A DNA stretch of 44,368 nt from an uncultured Gemmatimonadota bacterium (GTDB taxonomy: Bacteria > Blakebacterota > Blakebacteria > Blakebacterales > Blakebacteraceae), in NCBI GenBank assembly GCA_964576115.1, contig CAZNUA010000031.1, forward strand, positions 1 to 44,368, read 5' to 3'. The notes under the pieces were generated by a model. That model made no database searches, had not been told where the DNA came from, and worked only from the letters and a program-made list of their open reading frames with translations. This document shows, piece after piece, positions 27,782-37,103 of the stretch. How positions within the stretch are numbered: position 1 is the stretch's first letter; every line of letters starts with the position of its first letter. Made by a program: the position numbers and the translations under genes.

Positions 27782-27893
27782 GTGGCCGGATACGTCCCCA
27801 CCCTCCGGGCCACCCGGATCGCTCCGGTCATCGCTCTGCGTTAGGAGTGAGAAACTCTGTGCCGGTGAGTGTTCTGCGTCGGGAGTGAGGGGC
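27782..27893. repeat. Direct repeat copy B2
   Basis: Offset 865 bp from B1; ends immediately at the stop codon (27894) of the convergent gene. Confidence 0.97.
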
Positions 27894-28760
27894 TCAGCCC
27901 GGGATCGAGACGACGATGACGGCACCTTCCACGATCAGGATCGTGAACCGGTCGCCCGATTCACCGAAATCGGTCGGGCTCCAGGCCGCCTGGATCTCCA
28001 GGCCGAAGGCATCGCTCAGATCAGACAGACCGTCGCCTTCCTCCCCGGCGACGAAGAAATCCACCCTCCCGCCGTTCTTGGGTACGAACGACCAGGCGAA
28101 GACGACGCCGACGCTATCGCGCGTCTGCTCATCCAGAGTGACCGACTTGCCGACACCGGTCTTATCGGGATCGTTGGTATAGCATGTGATCCGGTCGGGT
28201 ATATAGCCGGAGAAATCCGGCCAGTACTCGTCGATCGACAGATGCAATTCAACAGCGAGGGTGTCCTGGGTGGAGATCGAATCGGTCCGCACGAACCTGA
28301 GATCGAGGGTGTCGACGGTTACGCTGACATAGTTGGTGACATTTTCAAGCAGGGTGAGATCCTTGGTGATCCCGTAGCCGATCGGGGCGTAGACCTCCAC
28401 TGATTGTGATATCCGGCGGGCACAGAGGACCTCGACCTGATAATCCATACCGGCTTCGACCTGCATCGTGATGCTGGTGTCGGCGCGGGTGATATGCCCG
28501 ACGGTCCCCTTTTTCAGCTGGTCGTCGGGATGGGCGATACGAACCGCCAGGTCGGTCGTACAGGTCGGGATATCCTGAGCCCGCCCCAGTCCGGGCGGCG
28601 ACGGCCAGGCGATCCGGAAGACGACCTCGGCCATCGGCCCCTTTTCCCCAGCATCCAACGGGATTTCGTCACATCCCCCGGAGAGGACCAGCGCGAGGAG
28701 TAATACGGCAACGAGCGGGGAGACGCAGCGTCGTTCGAATACCACCGGCATCGTCCGCAT
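27894..28760 (-). CDS. Hypothetical lipoprotein
   Basis: Hydrophobic signal ending LSGGC; beta-rich body; no recognised family. Confidence 0.7.
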   Translation of the reverse strand: MRTMPVVFERRCVSPLVAVLLLALVLSGGCDEIPLDAGEKGPMAEVVFRIAWPSPPGLGRAQDIPTCTTDLAVRIAHPDDQLKKGTVGHITRADTSITMQVEAGMDYQVEVLCARRISQSVEVYAPIGYGITKDLTLLENVTNYVSVTVDTLDLRFVRTDSISTQDTLAVELHLSIDEYWPDFSGYIPDRITCYTNDPDKTGVGKSVTLDEQTRDSVGVVFAWSFVPKNGGRVDFFVAGEEGDGLSDLSDAFGLEIQAAWSPTDFGESGDRFTILIVEGAVIVVSIPG

Positions 28761-28825
28761 CCTTGAATAGGTCTGAACGGACAGATTGTAAACGTCTCTA
28801 TAATCTCATTGCAAGGGAGTTCAGC

Positions 28826-31408
28826 TCACCGATCGGTTCTCACCTCCAGAATGCCGCCCGAGAAACCTTCGAGCAGGCGGACCTCGATGCGGACGGCGCG
28901 GGTGTCGACCGGGGTGAAGGTCACCTCGTTGTAGCGGTCTTTCTCGACCCCGAAGGCGTCGGTCGTCTCGACCGGCCGCCACTCATTACAGGTTCTGTAG
29001 AAGAGCCGCCACGATGCGGGCGGGCGACACCCCCCGCCACGCGGTTCGTCGTCGAACCAGTAGACCGCCAGCCGGCTGAGGCGGGTCTCCTCGTCGAACT
29101 CGATCTCCACCCACTCCCCGGTGCCCTGGTGAGGCCACCAGGTCATGCGGGGGATGCTGTGGTCGTCTGAATTCTGCGGCTCCAGGCCGTCAGCCAGGGC
29201 CAGGACGGTATCGCCGGAGTAGCAGTGCGAAGCCCGGGCTTGGAAATCGGGCTCGGGGGGCACGTCCCAGCGATGAGCCTCGGGACCGGAACCGATGAGG
29301 GGAAAGGAACTGACCCTCAGGCGGGCGGCGCCCATCGGGATCAGGGTGAGCTCTTCTTCTGATTCGTCGCTCGTAACCGGGGAGGGCTGGAGCATTCCCG
29401 CCAGGCCGAACATGTCGAGTTGCCATTCGGGGATCCGGCGGCCACGGGCATGGAGCCGGATCGGCGTGCCGTCGTGGGTAAAGGGCATATCGTCGGCCGG
29501 CCAGGCCCGTTCTTCGACCTCGAAGGAGCGGGTGGGGTCGCCCGACCGCAGCTGCAAACCGTAGTTCCAGGCGGTGGTGGGGTGGATATCCCAGGCGGGC
29601 CATTCATCGGTGCCCCCCGAACGGCGGTACTCCTCGCCGATCTGCAGTGAATAGGTGAGCGGTCCGCGGTCGACCGATACCGCGTTGTGGTTTTCGGTCC
29701 AGGTACGCAGGCTTACTTCCATCGGCAGGGTGAGATCGACCCGGTCGCCGTCGTGCCAGGTGCGTTCGATCAGGACCCAGCGGCCGGCGGCGTCGCGAAC
29801 CCGGGAGCTGCCGCCCTCGACCTCGACCACGGCTTCATCAGTCCAGGTCGGTATGCGCAGGTAGAGCGGAAAGGCGACCCCGGCCGGTGCGGCGGTCTCG
29901 ACGGTGAAGGTCATCTCTTCGGAGAAGGGGTAGTGCGTGTCGAGGGTGATGGTGATCTCCTCTCCCGGGTCCCCCTGCGTTTCCGGCCGTATCCCTTCGC
30001 GCGCATCGCCATCGGTACCGTTGCCGCCGACCATCGCGGTGACCCGGCTGGCGCAGAAGAACGCCGCGGCCAGGCCGTTGTCGGGGGTGGCGAACCAGAG
30101 GTGCTCGGCGAAATAGGGCCAGCCGTGACCCCAGTTGTGCTGGCAGCAGCGGTGAATGTGGGGGTTCATCTGCAGCATCGGGCCGCCGTTCTGCAAGCCC
30201 GGGCTCTTCGATTCGGAATCGGAGAGCACCAGATTGGGGCCGGTCAGGTAGCGCAGGGCCTTCAGGTCGGCGGTCAGGGCGGCGGGCAGGCTGTTGAAGG
30301 CCACGTCCTCGCAGCGGTCGGCCCAGAGCGGATCGCCGGTGATCCAGAGCAGGGTCTCGGTCGAGAGCATCATCTCGACCATGCCGCAGGTCTCCACCGC
30401 CTGGCGGGGATCGGTATGACCGGGACGGCAGTTCTCATCCCCGGCGAACATCCCCCCGGGAACCTGGCCGTACATCTCCCTGATGGTGGCGAAGTTGCTG
30501 TAGGAAGCCTCGAGGTGGGCCGGGTCTTGCGACTGCATCCAGTACGTGGTGGGCTGACCGAAGGCCTGCGACATGTTGACGTTGTGCCAGTCGGTGACCC
30601 CGCTCGTCCAGTCGGCGGTGCGGCGGTGGACCTTGCCGGCCAGGTCGAGCAGTTCGGCGTCGCCGGTGCGGTTGTAGAGCCAGTAGACGCTGAAGAGCAG
30701 GTCGCCCCCCCGCATGCGGGGCCAGTAGCCGAGCAGAAACTCCTCCTCCGGCACCCCCTTCAGGTAATCGAAGTAGGCCGTCATCAGCTCGATGACCCGC
30801 TCGTCGCCGGTGAAATCGTACCAGTCCTGCAGGCAGAAGAGCATGATCATGTTCGGCCAGAGGTCCTCGCGGCCGGTCAGCCGGGTGGCCGCCCCGGTGC
30901 GACCCCGGTCGGGCCCGAACCAGCCGTCGGGCTTGCGCGAGGCCAGGGCCCCTTCGATCCAGATCCGGGTCTCGGCGAGCATGGCTTCGTCGCGCAGCAG
31001 ACAGGCCAGGTTGCCGTACCCCTTGAGCCAGTAGGGGGGTTCCTCCCAGCCGTGGTCGCCCTCGCCGGCCGGGCTGAGCCAGGCGTTGCCCTCCTTGACC
31101 AGAAAGCGGCTGATCCCGGTCAGGTGGCCGTGAAAGCCCTCGGCCTGCAGTTCGAGCTGCCTGCGCAGCCAGCCCTGTGGCTCAATCGAACGGATCGGCA
31201 GCTTGAGAAGCGGATTGGGGGCCAGGGGGGGACGGTTGGCCACATAGTGGGCGTTCACGGTGTCGGTCCGCGGGGTGTCGACGACGTCGAACCCGGGTCC
31301 GGTGCAGCCGGCCGCAGCGAGCAGGATGATCATGCCGGAGAACCTCCAGCGGGCTGGCCCGGCCGGCGGGACCGTCACCGGGTGTCTGGCGATTGTCATG
31401 GGACTCAT
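28826..31408 (-). CDS. GH127/GH146-like beta-L-arabinofuranosidase-family lipoprotein with C-terminal discoidin/CBM-like domain
   Basis: GWLRRQL, GWEEPPYW, WHNVN, AVETCGMVE, HRCCQHN, LYLRIPTW, RGPLTYSL; C-terminal ALADG...WVEIEF...VYWFDD. Confidence 0.85.
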   Translation of the reverse strand: MSPMTIARHPVTVPPAGPARWRFSGMIILLAAAGCTGPGFDVVDTPRTDTVNAHYVANRPPLAPNPLLKLPIRSIEPQGWLRRQLELQAEGFHGHLTGISRFLVKEGNAWLSPAGEGDHGWEEPPYWLKGYGNLACLLRDEAMLAETRIWIEGALASRKPDGWFGPDRGRTGAATRLTGREDLWPNMIMLFCLQDWYDFTGDERVIELMTAYFDYLKGVPEEEFLLGYWPRMRGGDLLFSVYWLYNRTGDAELLDLAGKVHRRTADWTSGVTDWHNVNMSQAFGQPTTYWMQSQDPAHLEASYSNFATIREMYGQVPGGMFAGDENCRPGHTDPRQAVETCGMVEMMLSTETLLWITGDPLWADRCEDVAFNSLPAALTADLKALRYLTGPNLVLSDSESKSPGLQNGGPMLQMNPHIHRCCQHNWGHGWPYFAEHLWFATPDNGLAAAFFCASRVTAMVGGNGTDGDAREGIRPETQGDPGEEITITLDTHYPFSEEMTFTVETAAPAGVAFPLYLRIPTWTDEAVVEVEGGSSRVRDAAGRWVLIERTWHDGDRVDLTLPMEVSLRTWTENHNAVSVDRGPLTYSLQIGEEYRRSGGTDEWPAWDIHPTTAWNYGLQLRSGDPTRSFEVEERAWPADDMPFTHDGTPIRLHARGRRIPEWQLDMFGLAGMLQPSPVTSDESEEELTLIPMGAARLRVSSFPLIGSGPEAHRWDVPPEPDFQARASHCYSGDTVLALADGLEPQNSDDHSIPRMTWWPHQGTGEWVEIEFDEETRLSRLAVYWFDDEPRGGGCRPPASWRLFYRTCNEWRPVETTDAFGVEKDRYNEVTFTPVDTRAVRIEVRLLEGFSGGILEVRTDR

Positions 31409-31646
31409 CCTCGGTCCGGTTGGGGATGACCAGAAAAGAAAGTAGCCGATGAGCGGGGCGGATGAAAAGTACTGAACCCTGGCCCCGGGCCTGCGGGATA
31501 CGGTAGGCTCGGGTTCAGCCCCGGAATGTGTCCCGGCTCAGCCCGACATGTGCTCGGGCTCGCGGCCTCGGAGTCTGTTCGAGCGCGGGCGCGACACCCG
31601 GAGCAGTCACGAGTGGGGGGCGCCATGCAGACAGGATTCTCGTACT

Positions 31647-32669
31647 GTGAAGGCTGAGAGTATCGCAATCATCGGAGCCGGGCCGGCCGGAGCCACCCTG
31701 GCCCGCCGGCTGGCCGAGGCCGGGCGGCCGGTCACGCTCTTCGATCACCGGGCGCCATGGGAAAAGCCCTGTGGAGGCATGCTCGGCCATACCACCCGGC
31801 GGCTCGAGGCCGAACTCGAAGGATACCCGTACCCGCTCGCGACCTGCTCACGGATCAGGTGCCTCTCGCCTGCCGGCCGGAGCAAGGTCGTCGAGTGCGC
31901 CGATCCGATCCCGGTTGTCTCCCGGCGCGAGCTGGGACGCTTCCTGCTCGACCGGGCCCGGGAAGCGGGAGCGCAGTTCGTCCCCCGCAAAGTCCTGGCG
32001 CTGTCACGGGCCGGTTCGCAGTGGCGGCTTCAGGCCGGGACGCGCGACTACGACGTCGATCTCGTTGTCGGGGCCGACGGCGCCCGCAGCCTGGTGCGCC
32101 GGTACTGCCTGGACCCTATTCCGGACGGGCAGCTGGCCCTGATCTGCGGTTACCTCGGTACCGGTCTCCCGACCGATGAGTACCTCTTCGCCTTTCCCGA
32201 TTTCGAAGGATTTCTCTATCTCGTTCCCCGTACCGGGATCACCGGGATCGGGATCGGAGCCCGCGTCGGGGCTCTCTCCGGGACCGAACTTTTCAACCGG
32301 ATCGACCGTTTCATCGGGGAGCGCGGCGGCGGATTCGAGGTCGAGCGGCGCTTCGCAGCCCTGCTGCCGATGGTCCGCGATCCGGCATTCTTCGCCCAGC
32401 GGTGCAGCGGAGAGAACTGGCTGCTCGTCGGCGACGCTGCCGGTCACGTCGATCCTCTGCTGGGAGAGGGGATCGTCTATGCGGTCGGCTCCGCGCACTG
32501 TGCCGCCGAGGCTCTCGCGGACGGCGAGATCGGGGCCTACGAGGATATCTGGCGTCAGCGCTACGGCGAGGTGCTCCAGGAGGGAGCCGCCTTCCGGGCC
32601 CGGCTCGCGGAACTGGCCGCCGAAGGAGATCCCCGCCTGTACGGTGTGATGACCTATGAGAGGATTTGA
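31647..32669 (+). CDS. Geranylgeranyl reductase-family FAD-dependent oxidoreductase
   Basis: Start at GTG 31647; IIGAGPAG, EKPCGG, VVGADGARS, LLVGDAAGHVDPLLGEGI. Confidence 0.88.
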   Translation: MKAESIAIIGAGPAGATLARRLAEAGRPVTLFDHRAPWEKPCGGMLGHTTRRLEAELEGYPYPLATCSRIRCLSPAGRSKVVECADPIPVVSRRELGRFLLDRAREAGAQFVPRKVLALSRAGSQWRLQAGTRDYDVDLVVGADGARSLVRRYCLDPIPDGQLALICGYLGTGLPTDEYLFAFPDFEGFLYLVPRTGITGIGIGARVGALSGTELFNRIDRFIGERGGGFEVERRFAALLPMVRDPAFFAQRCSGENWLLVGDAAGHVDPLLGEGIVYAVGSAHCAAEALADGEIGAYEDIWRQRYGEVLQEGAAFRARLAELAAEGDPRLYGVMTYERI

Positions 32670-32673
32670 GACC

Positions 32674-33897
32674 ATGATGACCCGACCGATCATTCTATTG
32701 AGCCTCCTCGCCTGCCTCTGGCAGACGGCCGAAGCGCAGGAGGTACAGCTGCTCTGTGACGGCGCCCTGCGCTTTATCGAACTGACCGGAACGCCGTACG
32801 AACGGGGCCTGACGCACGGCCGGGCATTGCGCGATGACATCCATGCCCTGGTCGATCTATGGAAAGCCGATATGGCCCGCACGGCCCGCATGGAGGCCGA
32901 AGAATTCATCACGCTCTTTCTGGCCGGGACCGATTACGAAAGCGCAATCCGGGCTCACACCCCCGAGCTGCTTGACGAACTCAGGGGGATCGCCGACGGT
33001 TCGGGAGTCGCGTATACCGACCTGTTCATGTTTCAGCTGGTCGACGAGTACTGGTTCAACGCCGGCGATATTCTGGGCCGGCGAAACAGCGGCTCGGTCG
33101 ACCTCGACCGGTACAGCAGCGACTCGATCGGCCTCCAACCGCCCGGTTGTACTTCGATCGGTCTCGACCGCTCGGCGGATCGGCCAGCCCTCACTGCCCA
33201 GAACATGGATATTCCGCCATTCTACCACGGCTACCAGATGGTGATGGAGATCACCGAACCCGACTCCGGGCTTCGCACGCTGATACTGACCTTTCCCGGG
33301 CACCTGGGAACCACCGCCATGAACGACCGGGGGGTGTCGATCAATGTCAACACCCTGATCCAGCTCGAGTACGGGACGACCGGGCTGCCGGTGACATACG
33401 TCGTGCGGGGGGCGGCGGCGTGCGCCACCCAACCAGAGGCGGTCGACCTGGTCAGATCGGTCACTCACGCCTCGGGGCAGAACTACATCGTCGGCGGTCC
33501 AGAACACGTTGTCTGCCTGGAATGTTCAGCCGGTCGCAAAGAGGAATTCCGGCCCTTTCCCGGTGCGCCCTACACCTATCACACCAATCATCCCCGGGCC
33601 AATACCGACTACTCCCGGGGCTACCGGCAGTGGCTCCGGGAGCGGGGCCGCACCGCGGAGCAGGAGGCTGGCACCTGTCGGCGCTTCATCGCTCTCGATG
33701 AGCGCTTCACCGCTGCCGGGGACGATTTCTCGATCGATCTGGTCAAGACGGTTCTCAGCTCGCGGGACCACGAGCGGGATCCGATCAGCAATTCGAACAC
33801 CTTCGCCTGCGTCATCTACGAACTGGGTGAGCAGCCGTGCCTGCACATCGCTCCCGGCCGGCCGCACGAGACCCCGTTCGTCATCATCGAGTTCTGA
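32674..33897 (+). CDS. C45-family peptidase/acyltransferase (Ntn hydrolase), secreted
   Basis: Signal peptide ending AEA; GTPYERGLTHG; ELRGIADGSG; catalytic G-CTSIG; AQNMD; YHTNH. Confidence 0.88.
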   Translation: MMTRPIILLSLLACLWQTAEAQEVQLLCDGALRFIELTGTPYERGLTHGRALRDDIHALVDLWKADMARTARMEAEEFITLFLAGTDYESAIRAHTPELLDELRGIADGSGVAYTDLFMFQLVDEYWFNAGDILGRRNSGSVDLDRYSSDSIGLQPPGCTSIGLDRSADRPALTAQNMDIPPFYHGYQMVMEITEPDSGLRTLILTFPGHLGTTAMNDRGVSINVNTLIQLEYGTTGLPVTYVVRGAAACATQPEAVDLVRSVTHASGQNYIVGGPEHVVCLECSAGRKEEFRPFPGAPYTYHTNHPRANTDYSRGYRQWLRERGRTAEQEAGTCRRFIALDERFTAAGDDFSIDLVKTVLSSRDHERDPISNSNTFACVIYELGEQPCLHIAPGRPHETPFVIIEF

Positions 33898-33912
33898 GAC
33901 CCGGCAGCCGCC

Positions 33913-33939
33913 CGGCCGGCCCTGCGGGAGCTGTTTGAA
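33913..33939. repeat. Direct repeat copy C1 (pairs with 36917-36943)
   Basis: cggccggccctgcgggagctgtttgaa versus cggccggccctgccagagctgtttgaa; 25/27 identical. Confidence 0.7.
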
Positions 33940-34131
33940 ATCGAGGTATTCCGGTTCCTGCAGAAAAGGGAATTGACTTTCCCTCAGTCCGCGCTCTCCT
34001 GGTGGGTGAGAAGGGTGAAACCCCGGGCTGCTGGATTGCGTATCTTCAGATACCTAAACCACTGAGGTATCAATATAACCGTGTCCCTGTCGGCGATCCG
34101 GCCGCAGGAGAGGATCAGGACTCTCGAGCGG

Positions 34132-36809
34132 ATGCCTGCCCAGAAATCATTCCGACGTCTCTTCCGGATCACCCGTTTCCGATCCGATCCCGAGCGTGAT
34201 ATCCATGACGAGATCGCCTTCTATCTCGAGATGCGGGCGCGGGAATTCATGGCCGAAGGGCTCGATCCCGAACAGGCCCGGCAAAGAGCGCTCGTGGTTT
34301 TCGGGGACCTGAACAGTATCACGGCGACCTGCCGCACAATCCTTGAACCGGCAGTGCGCTTGGAGAAGAGGAGATTCTTCATGAACGGTCTGTTCAGCGA
34401 TATCGCCTTCGGCCTGCGCAATTTCAGGAAGAATCCGGTTGTTGCTCTGCTTGCCGTGCTGACCCTGGCTCTGGGTATCGGTGCGACGTCGACCATCCTC
34501 AGCCTGGTCAACGGAATTCTCCTCCAGCCTCTGCCGTACGAAGATTCGGGCCGGATCGTCATGCTCTGGGAGCGTCTGCGGAACTCTCCCGATGCGGCTG
34601 TCTCCTGGCCCAACTATCTCGACTGGCAGGAGCGAAACACGGTCTTTGAAGAAACGGCCTGTTATAACACCGGTCACCTGATTCTGACCGGTTCCGGGAA
34701 TCCGGCCGAGCTGATTGCTGCCAGGATCACGGCGTCCACATTCGCTCTGACCGGGCTCGAACCGGTTCTCGGACGGGTTTTCATCCCCGAGGATGATCAG
34801 ATCGGTGCCGAACGCGTCACGATTCTTGCCTGGGGACTCTGGCACGACAGGTTCGGCGGCGATCCCGGTATTGTGGGGCGGGCGCTTACCCTTGGCGACG
34901 AGACCTACACGGTTATCGGGATCATGGGGCCGGACTTCATCTACCCTCCCCATGAGGACCATATCGATCTCTATGTGCCGATCGCTCACTCTGCCGGGGA
35001 CTGGTACGGCGAGCGGGATTCACACCCGGGGATCATCGCTCTCGGCCGTTTGCGACCCGGCATCGATCTGGAGGAAGCCCGGGCCGATCTCGAACGGATC
35101 GCACTCGAACTCGAGCAGGAGTACCCCGATACCAATACCGGGGCCCGGATCAACAGCGAGATCCTCCAGACCCGGTTGAGGCGGAATTCCACCCGGCCCC
35201 TCATGATTCTGACCCTGGCCGTGAGCCTGCTCCTGCTGGTTGCCTGCGCCAATGTGGCCAACATTCTCCTCGTCCGGGCAACGACCCGCCGACAGGAACT
35301 CGCGATCCGCTCGACCCTCGGAGCGGGCGGGGGGCAGCTGGTCCGGCTCGTCTGGCCGAGAGTCTTCTGCTCTGGCTGGCAGGTGGAGTGGTCGGGATCG
35401 TGCTGGCCTGCGGTGCCACCCGCGTTCTGACAGCGGCTCTGGCGGGGGAAATCCCCCGCATCTTCGCCGTCGGTGTAGATGGGACCGTGATCGTCGGTTC
35501 GCTCCTGCTCGTGCTGATTACCGGCGTGCTCTTCGGCATGGTTCCGGCCCTGCGATCCCGGCGGCCGGCTCTGCAGGAACTGCTCGCTGAAGGATCCCGT
35601 TCCTCGGCCGGGCGGGGCCGGCAGCGGCTGCAGGGTGGTCTGGTCATTGTCGAGATGACCCTGACCCTGGTGCTGCTCATCGGAGCCGGGCTCATGACCA
35701 GAAGCTTTGTACAGATATCCGGAGCCGAAATCGGCCTTGTCCCGGAAAACGTCCTGACCCTGGATATCAATCTGCCTGAGGCCAGGTATCCCGAACCGGC
35801 TCGACGCACGGCTTTCTATTTCGATCTGCTCGATCGGATCCGCACCCTGCCGGGAGTCGTATCGGCCGCCACGACCTACATCCTCCCCTTCGGTCCGATC
35901 AGCTGGGAGCAGCCGTTTCATGTTGAAGAGTCGCCTCCGCCGGACGGTGAAGGGGCGCGCTTTGCTGCCATGAGTGCCGTGAGTGCCGATTATTTCAGGA
36001 CCATGGGGATCAGCCTGCTGGCCGGTCGGGAATTCACCCGGTCGGACGATGGCACCGGGGAGCAGCGGGCTGTGATCGTGGATGAGCAGATTGCTGCTCA
36101 TTACTGGCCGGGGGAGAACCCGTTGGGCAAGAGGCTGGCTTTCGGTCCGCACGACATGCCCGAACCGGTCTGGATGGAGGTCGTGGGAGTCGTTGATCAC
36201 ATCACCCTCTTCGACGTCACCGCACAGTCAACCTGGCAGATGTACCGCCCCCACGCCCAGATCAATGCTCTCGGGTACCAGCTGGTCGTCAAAACGGCCG
36301 CCGATCCTCTGGATCTGGTCGAACCGATCCGGGAACAGATTCTGGCTCTCGATCCCGAGCTGCCGATCGCACGGATTCAGGCCATGGAGGAGTACATTCG
36401 CGCCTCGAATCAACAGAACGCTCTCCTGGCGATCCTCTTCGCTATTTTCGGCGGGGCCGCTCTCCTGCTGGCGGCGGTCGGCATCTACAGCGTGGTGTCC
36501 TTTGCGACGGTCGAACGCCGCCACGAGATCGGCATTCGGATGGCCCTGGGAGCCCGGCGCGATCATCTGCTTGGGATGATCATCGGGCAGGGGCTGATGA
36601 AGGTGGGTATCGGTATCGGGATCGGCCTGCCGCTCGCCGCGCTTCTCGGTATGCTCTCCCGCACCCAGCTCTTTGAGGTGTCGGTGATCGATCCGGTTAC
36701 CTTTGTGGCAGCCCCGTTATTCCTTGGTGTCATCGCGGTGGTGGCCACCTGGATTCCGGCCTGGAGGACGACCCGGGTCAATCCGGTGGAGTCCCTGCGG
36801 CCGGAGTAA
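34132..36809 (+). pseudogene. Duplicated orphan ABC permease (ADOP) split by a 1-bp frameshift at about 35352
   Basis: ORFs 34081-35430 and 35388-36809 are the two halves. Adding one C in ctcgtc^tggcc restores LVRLVLAESLLLWLAGGVVG. Could be a sequencing error. Confidence 0.85.
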
Positions 36810-36916
36810 ACGGCTTGGCGGCACGGTTTTGAAGAGAAAGCCCTGACCCGTCTGTCGTGTCGGCCGACGGATCGGGGCTCTCAGGCGGTGTCTGGCGGCC
36901 GATCTTCGAGTGGGAT

Positions 36917-36943
36917 CGGCCGGCCCTGCCAGAGCTGTTTGAA
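36917..36943. repeat. Direct repeat copy C2
   Basis: Offset 3004 bp from C1; the pair brackets only the third ADOP gene. Confidence 0.7.
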
Positions 36944-37103
36944 GTTCCGGTATGTGACTCTCCTCTGCCGGCCGTCTTTGCCGGTGGACGCTTCCGCGCC
37001 ATTCGGGCTAGTGTCATGTTACGTGTCACGCGACAGGATACGCGGATCGGGCCCGGGGCATCGGATACCCGGTCACGCTGACTCTCTGCAGAACCTGGCT
37101 GTG

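Larger units (their letters stand above)
26917..27893. mobile_element. MNT-HEPN toxin-antitoxin cassette flanked by 112-bp direct repeats
   Basis: The 753-bp unique segment (27029-27781) holds only a leader and the TA pair; no recombinase is encoded. Confidence 0.65.
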
